From an uncultured Acidobacteriota bacterium (lineage in GTDB: Bacteria > Acidobacteriota > Polarisedimenticolia > J045): 64,000 nt of DNA. The position numbers were made by a program, and so were the translations under genes. A model generated the notes under the pieces. That model made no database searches. It had not been told where the DNA came from and saw only the letters and a list, made by a program, of their open reading frames with translations. Where the stretch lies: NCBI GenBank assembly GCA_963702425.1, contig CAVPCQ010000003.1, forward strand, positions 32,001 to 96,000, written 5' to 3'. Position 1 is the stretch's first letter. Each line of letters opens with the position of its first letter. Shown one piece after another: positions 49,673 through 58,242 of the stretch.

Positions 49673-51332
49673 CGGCCTCCACGATCGCGACCAGCTCTTT
49701 CAGGCCGAAGGGCTTCGCGACGAAGCCCAACGCGCCCTCGGCCAGCATCCGTCGCAGCGGCTCGCCGGGACGCGAACCGGAGGCGACGACGACCCGCACG
49801 GTCGGGTCGAACGCGCGCAGCGCGCGGAAGGTCTCGGCACCGGAGAGTTCCGGCATCAGCAGGTCGAGCAGCACCAGGTCGTAGCGGCACCCGGCACGGT
49901 AGAGATCGACCGCGGCCTTCCCCGACGGGACCGCGAGCGGGCGCCAGCCGACCCCCGCCAGGAGTGCTGCCACCGTCTCGCGAACCGACGCATCGTCGTC
50001 GACGAGCAGGACGCTGACAGCGGCCGGCAACGCCTTGCCCTCCGGTGCGACGCGCTGCCCCGCCGGCAGGTAGAGGTCGGCCGCCTCGAGTCGCCCGCGA
50101 ACCGGGTCCCAGCGCAGCTCGAGGTAGCCGCCGTGCGCCTTCGCCGCCGCGAGCGCGGCCTGGAGCGCCGGCTCGCCGACCGGTACCGGGCCCGGTTCCG
50201 GATCGACCCGCGGTACGTGGCCCCGCGCCGCCGCGAGCGCGAACCGGACGAACCGGCCGGCGCGCGCGCCCGGGCGCGTTGCCGCGAACTCGGTCCCGAG
50301 GGTGACCGGCGTCACGCCGACGTCGATTCCGCAGGGTGGATCGGCGCACGGCGCGAGCGCCTGCACTAGGTCGTCGAGGCTGGGCGCGATCAGTGCCGGG
50401 TCGACGGTGACCTCGGATGCGGTCTCGGTCGCGAGCCGCAGCGTGATGCCGTCCGGCAGCCAGCCGCGCCAGGCCCCGGCCCTGAGCGTGACCAGGTCGG
50501 CGGCGCGCATCGTGCGCCGCGCCGGCACGGGCGGCTCGCCGAGCAGCCGCGCCAGGCGCGCGGCGAGCCCGCGCGCGCGGCCCAATTCGGCGGAAAAGCC
50601 GCCGAGGTAGGCCGTCAGCACGGGGTCGCGCGCGGCGCGGCGTGCCGCAAGCTCTGCCAGCGGCGCCGCGTGGTCGAGAAAGTCGGAGAGCGCCTGCGCG
50701 ATCCCGGCCGCCAGCGCGTCCGCGCGCCGGTCCCGCTCGGGGGGCGGCTCGTGGAGCGCGCCGCCGTCGTAGGACCGCGGGGTGAGCATGGCGCTGCCGG
50801 GCACTTCCTCGCGTGCGGGCTCCGCTGTGGCAGGCAGCGCATCCAGGGCACCGGGCGCGTCGGGTGCGGCCTGTTGCGCAGCCGGTCCGGAGGCCGTGGG
50901 CCCCGGCTCGACGGGCCCGGGCTCGCGAGCGAGGAGGGCACTCACGGCGGCCCCGGCCAGCCGGTCGACGAAGCCGCGCGCGTTGCGCTTGTCGAGGATC
51001 GCGGCGACCCGCGCGCCCTGCATCGGCCGCGCGGGGTGCTCGGCGTCGGCGATCAGCACGACCGGCGGAGCGGCCCCGTCGACGCGCGACAACCAGTTCC
51101 GGGCGTCGTCGATCGCGGCCGTGGAGCAGACGAGCAGATCGAAGTGCTCGGCCGCGAACGCCCCGGCCTGCTGCGGACGGGTGCGAACGTCCGCGTCGGG
51201 CCATGCGCGCTCGAGCGCCTCGCGCACGACCTCCGCGTGGTCGGGATGCGGCTCGAGCAGCAGGATGCGCGGTGCGGCCGGCGGCGCGTCTGCGTCGCGG
51301 GCGCTCCGACCGGTCTCGTCCTGCCAAGCCAC
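49635..51332 (-). CDS. Response regulator with degenerate histidine-kinase core
   Basis: C-terminal REC (LLVDDD, DLVLLDLLMP, KPF); N-terminal REC-like region; degenerate HisKA/HATPase; start uncertain. Confidence 0.72.
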   Translation of the reverse strand: MAWQDETGRSARDADAPPAAPRILLLEPHPDHAEVVREALERAWPDADVRTRPQQAGAFAAEHFDLLVCSTAAIDDARNWLSRVDGAAPPVVLIADAEHPARPMQGARVAAILDKRNARGFVDRLAGAAVSALLAREPGPVEPGPTASGPAAQQAAPDAPGALDALPATAEPAREEVPGSAMLTPRSYDGGALHEPPPERDRRADALAAGIAQALSDFLDHAAPLAELAARRAARDPVLTAYLGGFSAELGRARGLAARLARLLGEPPVPARRTMRAADLVTLRAGAWRGWLPDGITLRLATETASEVTVDPALIAPSLDDLVQALAPCADPPCGIDVGVTPVTLGTEFAATRPGARAGRFVRFALAAARGHVPRVDPEPGPVPVGEPALQAALAAAKAHGGYLELRWDPVRGRLEAADLYLPAGQRVAPEGKALPAAVSVLLVDDDASVRETVAALLAGVGWRPLAVPSGKAAVDLYRAGCRYDLVLLDLLMPELSGAETFRALRAFDPTVRVVVASGSRPGEPLRRMLAEGALGFVAKPFGLKELVAIVEAATGSRPPAPTRA

Positions 51333-51436
51333 CAGTCCCGGACTCCCCGAGGTGATGGTGCCCGCGGCGCGCCGCGAACACAACCCCGTCGTCGCGGTGC
51401 TCCGGGCGGCAGCGATCGCCGTACGGGTCGTCCGCC

Positions 51437-52774
51437 TCAGTCGTCTCCGCCCCGGCGCTCCCACAGGTGCTCTCGCGTTTCCGCCACGATGACGCCCGAC
51501 AGCAGCAGCAGCGAGACCAGGTTCGGCACCGCCATCAAGCCGTTGGCGATGTCGGCGAACGACCAGACCGCCGGCAGCGAGGCGACCGAGCCGACCATGA
51601 CCGCGACGACCCAGAGCAGCCGGTACGGGACGATCGCCCGCACGCCGAACAGGTACTCGGCCGCCCTCTCCCCGTAGTAACTCCAGCCCAGGATCGTCGA
51701 GAAGACGAAGGTGAGCAGGCCGACCGTCAGCACGGTCGGGCCGATCCAGGGGATGTGCGAGAAGGCGGCGTGGGTCAGCTCCGCGCCCTTCATCCCCCGG
51801 GCCCAGTCGCCGGTGTTGACGACCACGAGCCCGGTCATCGCGCAGACGACGACCGTGTCCCAGAAGGTTCCGGTCGAGGAAACCAGCGCCTGCCGGACCG
51901 GGTTGGCGGTCCGTGCCGCAGCCGCGACGATCGGAGCGCTCCCCAGCCCCGACTCGTTGGAGAACAGCCCGCGCGCGACCCCGTAGCGCAGCGCCTCGCG
52001 CATCGTCGCGCCGGCGAAGCCACCGGCCGCGGCCTGCCCCGTGAAGGCGCTGGAGACGATCAGGGAGATGGCCTCGGGGAGCGTCTCCCAGCCCATCACC
52101 AGCAGGATCGCGCAGCCCGCGACGTAGAAGATCGCCATGAACGGGACCAGCCCCTCGCAGACCCGCGCGATCGACTGGATCCCGCCCAGGATCACGACCG
52201 CGGTGAGCGCGGTCATCAGCGCGCCGCTGACCCAGGGGGAGACCCCGAACGAGGTCCTGACCATCGACGAGATCGAGTTGGCCTGGACCATGTTGCCGAT
52301 CCCGAAGGCGGCGACCGCGGTCAGCCCGGCGAAGATCAGGCCCAGCCAGCGCATCCCGAGCGCGCGCTCGAGCACGTACATCGGCCCGCCGGCCATCATC
52401 CCGCGCTCGTCCTTGATCCGGTACTTCACCGACAGGAGAGCCTCGGAGTACTTGGTCGCGATTCCGAAGACGCCCGTCAGCCACATCCAGAGCACGGCGC
52501 CCGGACCGCCGAGCGAGACGGCGGTGGCGACGCCGACGATGTTGCCGGTGCCGATCGTCGCCGCCAGCGCGGTGGTCAGCGCGCCGAACTGGCTGACGTC
52601 CCCTTCCGCGCCGTGGTCGGCCTTGACCGAGAGCCGGATCGCGCGCCCCAGGTAGCGCTGGATGACGCGCGTGCGGAGCGTCAGGTAGAGGTGGGTGCCG
52701 ACGAGCAGGATCAGCAGCGGCGGCCCCCAGACCCAGTCCGCGATCTTCGCGAGCAGCGCTTCGAGCTCGTGCAT
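51437..52774 (-). CDS. Alanine/glycine:cation symporter (AGCS family)
   Basis: AATIGTGNIVGV, GGPMY, RGLFSNESGLGS, PNL. Confidence 0.93.
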   Translation of the reverse strand: MHELEALLAKIADWVWGPPLLILLVGTHLYLTLRTRVIQRYLGRAIRLSVKADHGAEGDVSQFGALTTALAATIGTGNIVGVATAVSLGGPGAVLWMWLTGVFGIATKYSEALLSVKYRIKDERGMMAGGPMYVLERALGMRWLGLIFAGLTAVAAFGIGNMVQANSISSMVRTSFGVSPWVSGALMTALTAVVILGGIQSIARVCEGLVPFMAIFYVAGCAILLVMGWETLPEAISLIVSSAFTGQAAAGGFAGATMREALRYGVARGLFSNESGLGSAPIVAAAARTANPVRQALVSSTGTFWDTVVVCAMTGLVVVNTGDWARGMKGAELTHAAFSHIPWIGPTVLTVGLLTFVFSTILGWSYYGERAAEYLFGVRAIVPYRLLWVVAVMVGSVASLPAVWSFADIANGLMAVPNLVSLLLLSGVIVAETREHLWERRGGDD

Positions 52775-52816
52775 GGGCTCTTCTCCCGGGCGCTGCCGGC
52801 CGCGCGGGGGCGCGCG

Positions 52817-54536
52817 TCAGTCCCTGGTCTCGTGGTAGAGCTTCTCGCACAGGTCGCGCTTGACCTTGCCCGACGTCGTGCGCGGGATCCGCGGCACGAA
52901 GAGCACGTCGTGCACCGGGACCCCGTGCCGGGCCAGGACGTAGCGCTTGACCTCGTTGATCAGCTCGGCCTGGTCGGAGGATATCAGCCTCTCGACGTAC
53001 GACTCGAGATCGCCCAGGCTGGCCCCCTTCCACCAGCCCCGCGGACCGCCGAGCTTCATGAAGGCCTGCAAGGCCGCGATCTTGGCCCGGACCACCGGGG
53101 TCATGCGGCCGAGCGGTACGGTCAGCACGATCAGCGCCTCGCGCCCCTCGATTTCCAACGAGAAGACGTGGACCTTGCCGCGCTCGATGAACGGCAGCTC
53201 CTCGAGGTCGGCGACGATGTCGTGGGCGTAGTAGTTCCGCCCGTTGATGATCATCAGGTCCTTGAGTCGGCCGGTGACGTAGAGCCGGCCGTCGTCGTCG
53301 AGCATCCCGAGGTCGCCGGTGCGCAGCCAGCCCTCCTCGAACGGCTGCGCCCCGGTCTCCTCGTCGAGGTAGCCGTCGGTCACCGACGTCCCCCGCAGCA
53401 GGACCTCGCCGGTCTCGAGCGGCGGCGCCACGGTGCCGTCGTCGCGGCGGATCCGGATCGAGAGGTCGCCGACCGCCCGGCCGACCGCCGGAACCTCGAT
53501 CCCGTCGACGCGGCGCGTGACGATCGGCTCCTGGAAACGGGGGCTGGTGGCGATCAGGGTCGCCTCCGCCAGGCCGTACACCGGGTGGAGCGCGCGCCCG
53601 TCGAACCCGACCCGCGCGAACTTCTCGGCGAAGCGCCGGAGCGACGCCGGGCGCACCGGCTCGGCGCCGACGAACAGGACCTCCCACGAGGCGAGGTCGA
53701 TCCGGCGCTCGTCCAGCATTTCGTCGCTGATCCGGTCGGTGCACAGGTCGAGCGCGAAGTTGGGGCAGACGGAGATCCGCGCGCCGATCCGGCTGATCGT
53801 CTCGAGCCAGGCGATCGGCTTCATCAGGAAGCGGATCGGGTTCATGATCACCATCTGCCGCGGCGTGACGTAGAGCGTCGTGAGGAGGGCCCCGATCAGC
53901 CCCATGTCGTGGTAGAGCGGCAGCCAGCTGCAGGCGGACTCGTCGCGGTGGCGGCGGCCGATTTCGGCGATCAGGCGCGTGTTGTCGAGGACGTTCTCGT
54001 GGGTGAGCCGGACCCCTTTGGGGCGCGAGGTGCTGCCCGAGGAGAACTGCACGAAGGCGAGGTCGCCCGGGCTCACCGCGGCCGGCGGCACGGTCCGGCA
54101 CCGGCCCGTCGACGTCGAGCGAAGACGGCACGAAGTCGATCAGGCGCGCGGGGGAGACGTGCTGGAGCTCGTCGTTCCCACCGATCAGCTCGGGCTGGGT
54201 GAAGACCGCCTTCGCCCCGGTGCTCGCGAGCAGCCCGGCGACGAAGGGCAGCTGCGCGCCCGCCGCCTGTCCCATCGTCAGCCCGCTGACCGACAGCGGC
54301 ACCGCGCCCAGGTGGAACAGCGCCAGGAAGCCGGCCAGCACGTCGGGATCGCTGGTCGGGCAGACGACGACGCGGTCCCCCCGCTCGATCCCCTGCGCAG
54401 CGAGCGCCGCGGCGTGGACGAGAATCTTGCGATGGAACGCGGGCCAGGAGAAGGCGCGCTCCGTGCCGCGGGCGTCGACCAGCGTCAGGCCGTGATCCTC
54501 GCCGCCGTCCGCGAGCCCGGCGACCAGTTCGACCAT
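52817..54536 (-). CDS. Fatty acyl-AMP ligase-like adenylation enzyme (frameshift near 54090)
   Basis: QFSSGSTSRPKGV, WLPLYHDMGLIG, YGLAEATL, TGDLG, GRLKD, PRTTSGK. Confidence 0.88.
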
Positions 54537-54550
54537 CGTGCGCGGCCCGC

Positions 54551-55648
54551 TCACAGGACGGGGATCTCCTGCGTTAGGCGCCCCTCGATCCGCTCGAAGA
54601 CCTCGTCGAGCGAGCGGCCGACGATCGTCAGGCCGTGGTTCTTCAGGCCGATCACCGCGCGCGACGGATCGGGCGCGGCGAGCACCAGCCCGGCGACCTC
54701 GTCCGCCAGCTGCCGAGTGCCACAGGGCCAGCTCTGGAGCGTGGCCGGCACCCCGTCGATCCAGGCGTGGACGTGGACGATCGCCCCGGCCTCGGGGACG
54801 GCGCGGTAGATCGTGAGGTGCTCGATCGCGTCCACGGAGACGCGGGCGGCCGGATCGGTCCCGGGGGGAACCGAGAGCAGGATCGTCCGCGTCGCTTCGT
54901 CGTAACCCTTCACCAGCAGCAGGTCCTGCCCGATGCGCGAGAGTTGCCCCTTGTCCACCCCGCGGCCGGTCATCCAGAAGCTCTCCGCGTCGCGCCGCGC
55001 CGAGAGGTTGCCGTAGGAGAGCTGCTTGAGGCCGAAGTACTTCATCACCAGGCGCATGTCGCGCTCGGTCAGCACGTCCCTCATGTCGAAGACCGTCGGC
55101 AGCAGGTGGAGTGCGGCCAGGCGCCGGCCGGCCGTGGCGAGGGCGCGGGTCGTCGCATCGCCGTCGTGGAGCTCGCGCGGCAGGTCCTCGTCGAGGCGGT
55201 TGTCGATCACGAGCCGCGCCCCGGCCAGCGGCGCGACGGTGTCGAGCACCTCGGAAGCCAGCGCGTCGCCCGCCGGCCGCGGGCGGAAGCCGAGTTCCGG
55301 CGTCATGAAGAAGGCCCGGCCGGCGAACGCCCCGGCCTGCACGCGGTGGACGACGAGATTCGACATCGTCTTGACCAGCGCGGCGTAGGTTGCGCGCTTC
55401 AGCGCCGCCTCGTCGGCGAAGTCGGTGCCGTCGCTGTCGATGAGCGTCGCGAGGAAGACCGACGGATCGGGACGCAAGTAGTTCGGCCGCGCGTGCTCCA
55501 GCGTCGTGGCGTTGACCACCAGGTCGACCTCCGGGTCGTCCGCGGGCACCGTGACGAACCCGCGCGCGGGGAGGCCCTGCTCCACCGCGGAGACCAGCGC
55601 GAGCAGGGCGCGCGACAGCGCCGCGTCGCGGACGACCGCCGCCTTCAC
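54551..55648 (-). CDS. Class II aldolase/adducin family protein with N-terminal extension
   Basis: YGNLSAR, SVDAIEH, AIVHVH, LKNHGL metal-binding histidines. Confidence 0.8.
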   Translation of the reverse strand: MKAAVVRDAALSRALLALVSAVEQGLPARGFVTVPADDPEVDLVVNATTLEHARPNYLRPDPSVFLATLIDSDGTDFADEAALKRATYAALVKTMSNLVVHRVQAGAFAGRAFFMTPELGFRPRPAGDALASEVLDTVAPLAGARLVIDNRLDEDLPRELHDGDATTRALATAGRRLAALHLLPTVFDMRDVLTERDMRLVMKYFGLKQLSYGNLSARRDAESFWMTGRGVDKGQLSRIGQDLLLVKGYDEATRTILLSVPPGTDPAARVSVDAIEHLTIYRAVPEAGAIVHVHAWIDGVPATLQSWPCGTRQLADEVAGLVLAAPDPSRAVIGLKNHGLTIVGRSLDEVFERIEGRLTQEIPVL

Positions 55649-55911
55649 GCGGCATCCCCCGCGCCGGCACGCGCCGCTTCGACCAGCGCGATCAGCCGCG
55701 AGAACGGCGCGCCGACCAGCTCGGGGACGCGCTCGGGCGGGACCTCGATCCCGAAGGCGTCCTCCGCGTCGAGCAGCAACTGGAGCAGCGCGGACGAGTC
55801 GTACCCCAGCTCGTAGTCGAGCCGCTCGTCGTCGCCGACCCGCGAAATCCGCAGTCGGGAGCGGGCGATCACCAGGCGCTCCAGCCGCTCGCGCGTGTCG
55901 GTGGCGGCCAC
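55645..55911 (-). CDS. Acyl carrier protein
   Basis: 88 aa; LGYDSSALLQL...EDAFGIEVP. Confidence 0.8.
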   Translation of the reverse strand: MAATDTRERLERLVIARSRLRISRVGDDERLDYELGYDSSALLQLLLDAEDAFGIEVPPERVPELVGAPFSRLIALVEAARAGAGDAA

Positions 55912-55917
55912 GAGCGC

Positions 55918-57252
55918 CTACCCCGGACCCTCGATCCCGGCCATGACCTCGGGCGACCGGGCGCCGCCGGCCACGGTGATCGTCTCGAGGCCGTGAGCGC
56001 CCGGCCCGCTCTCCGCCCGCCGCAGCTGCCAGGCGAAGAAGAGGCCGAGGATCCCCGTGATCGAGAAGATCCACATCCCCGGACGGTAGCCGGCCGGGTT
56101 GGCGGCGCTGGCGTCGAACGCGGTGTTGGCCCAGCCGATCAACAGGTTGAAGCCGAACAGCCCGATGTTCTGGATCATCGTCATCAACCCGTATGCCGTG
56201 CCGAGCTTGTTCTGCCCGACGATGTAGGCGACCGACGGCCACATCACGGCCGGGATCATCGAGAACGAGATCCCCATGATCGCCATCGGCACGTAGAGCG
56301 AAATGCTGCTGTAGGCCATGATCAGGTAGACGGGCACCAGCAGCAGCGAGCCGAACATCATGAACTGCGTGCGCCTGCCGACGCGATCGACGAGCAGCCC
56401 GAACAGCGGCGTGCAGATCATCGCGAACAGGGTCAGCATCGACGACAGGAAGCCGGCCTCCTCGCGCGACACGCCGTGCGCGTCCTGGAAGAACTTCACG
56501 GCGAAGGTCTGGAACGGGAAGATCCCGGAGTAGAAGGTCACGCACAGCGCGACCACGAACCAGTAGGAGCGCCCGAAGGCGCGGATGTCACCGAATACGA
56601 CCTTGTCGGACGAGCCGGCGGTCGCCATGTCGTAGCGCTTCATCGCGCCCGATTCCATGATCCAGTAGACCGCCCCTGCGATCAACGACACGAAGCCGAA
56701 GACGGTTGCGATCAGCAACGGCCCCTGCCAACCCTGGTAGGCGTCGTGCGCCCAGGTCGGCGAGTTGAGCGCGGCGAACGAGCCGAGGCGCGCGATCGTC
56801 AGGTTGATGCCGAAAGCGAAGGAGAGCTCCTTGCCGCGGAACCACTGGGCCAGCGCGGTAGTGATCGCGACGATCAGCGATTCGGCGCCGAGCCCGAACA
56901 GCAGGCGGCCCGCTGCCATCATCGGCAGGGTGGGCGTGAGCGCGGTGAGGACCGCCCCGAGCGCGCAGAGCATCGAGAACAGGAAGGTCGACTTCTTGAC
57001 GCCGATGCGGTCGATGATCAGCCCGCCGATCAGCACCATGATGATGTTCGGGAAGCTGTAGATCGCGTTGAGCAGGCCGATGTTGTCGTCGGTGAAGTTG
57101 AGCTGCTTGACGAGCACGTCGGCCAGCGGGCTGATCGAGTCGTAGACGTAGTAGTTCCCGAACATCGCGAGGCTGAGCACGACCAGCACGGCCCAACGGT
57201 AGGCCGGCGGCGGGGCCGGCAGGGCGCGCGTCGCGACGGGATCGGCAGTCAT
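55918..57252 (-). CDS. MFS transporter (MFSD1-like)
   Basis: About 12 TMs, GLIIDRIG motif A, FGNYYVYD, LGAESL, GTAYG. Confidence 0.9.
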   Translation of the reverse strand: MTADPVATRALPAPPPAYRWAVLVVLSLAMFGNYYVYDSISPLADVLVKQLNFTDDNIGLLNAIYSFPNIIMVLIGGLIIDRIGVKKSTFLFSMLCALGAVLTALTPTLPMMAAGRLLFGLGAESLIVAITTALAQWFRGKELSFAFGINLTIARLGSFAALNSPTWAHDAYQGWQGPLLIATVFGFVSLIAGAVYWIMESGAMKRYDMATAGSSDKVVFGDIRAFGRSYWFVVALCVTFYSGIFPFQTFAVKFFQDAHGVSREEAGFLSSMLTLFAMICTPLFGLLVDRVGRRTQFMMFGSLLLVPVYLIMAYSSISLYVPMAIMGISFSMIPAVMWPSVAYIVGQNKLGTAYGLMTMIQNIGLFGFNLLIGWANTAFDASAANPAGYRPGMWIFSITGILGLFFAWQLRRAESGPGAHGLETITVAGGARSPEVMAGIEGPG

Positions 57253-57276
57253 CGGGTCTCCGGAGGACGCGGGAGT

Positions 57277-58242
57277 TTACTCCGGCCCGGGGACGATCGC
57301 GCGCAGAGCGGCCGGCAGAACGTCGATCGTCACCGCTCCGGCTCCGGTCGCCACGATCTCGCCGTCGGCGTGAATCGGGATCCCGGGCGTGAAACTCGCC
57401 GTAAGCCGCCTGAACCGGCCGAACTCGAAGCGGGGCTCCTCGCCCAGCTCGGCGCGAAGCGCCCGCCACAGGAAGCGCAGCACCTCGATGCGGCTCGACG
57501 GGCCGACCCGGGCGTAATCCAGCAGCCCGTCGTCCGGCCGGGCCGCGGCGGCCATCACGAAGCCGCCGCCGGTGGTGCGGCCGTTGGCGACCGTGAAGAG
57601 GATCACCGCGCCTCGGAACGGCCGGCCGTCGATCGAGGCGTCCGTCTCCCACGGGCCGGGCCGGGCCACCATCGAGGCCAGCGCGGCGAGGGCGTAGGCC
57701 GGGAATCCGTGCAGCGGCAGGCGCCGGGCCCGCACGGCCACGTCGCCGTCGAAGCCGAGCCCTGCGGCGTTGACGAAGATCACCTCCCGCCCGTCGGCAA
57801 CGAGGCGACCGAGGTCGAGCGCGAGCGTCCGCTGTCCCGCGAGCGCGAGCGCCAGCGCGGCCCGCGGCTCGAACGGCAGGCCGAGCGCGCGCGCAAGGTC
57901 GTTCCCCCGCCCCGCCGGCACCAGACCCAGCAACGGACGCGTCGCCGGGTCGGGCTGGCCGGCGACGAGCCCGGCGGCCACCGCCTGCAGCGTCCCGTCG
58001 CCACCGACCGCCACCACGCGGAGGACCCCGCGCTGCGCCGCCTCGCACGCCGCCGCGAGCCCGTCGCCGAAGCTCCCGGTCTCCCGCAGCGCGAAGCCGG
58101 AGCGGCCGGGAGCGCCCCCCGCCGCCGCCGCGCCCCCCGCCGGCGCCGCCGCGCGCTCCGCCAGTGCCGCGCGGAGCGCCCGCCGGCGCGCCGCCGTGCC
58201 GGCGTTCCGGTTGACGACGACGAGGGTGCCCGGCGCGCTCAC
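57277..58242 (-). CDS. Diacylglycerol/sphingosine kinase family lipid kinase (YegS/DagK-like)
   Basis: VNRNAG, GGDGT, PAGRGNDLA, GLGFDG, ADGE. Confidence 0.88.
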   Translation of the reverse strand: MSAPGTLVVVNRNAGTAARRRALRAALAERAAAPAGGAAAAGGAPGRSGFALRETGSFGDGLAAACEAAQRGVLRVVAVGGDGTLQAVAAGLVAGQPDPATRPLLGLVPAGRGNDLARALGLPFEPRAALALALAGQRTLALDLGRLVADGREVIFVNAAGLGFDGDVAVRARRLPLHGFPAYALAALASMVARPGPWETDASIDGRPFRGAVILFTVANGRTTGGGFVMAAAARPDDGLLDYARVGPSSRIEVLRFLWRALRAELGEEPRFEFGRFRRLTASFTPGIPIHADGEIVATGAGAVTIDVLPAALRAIVPGPE

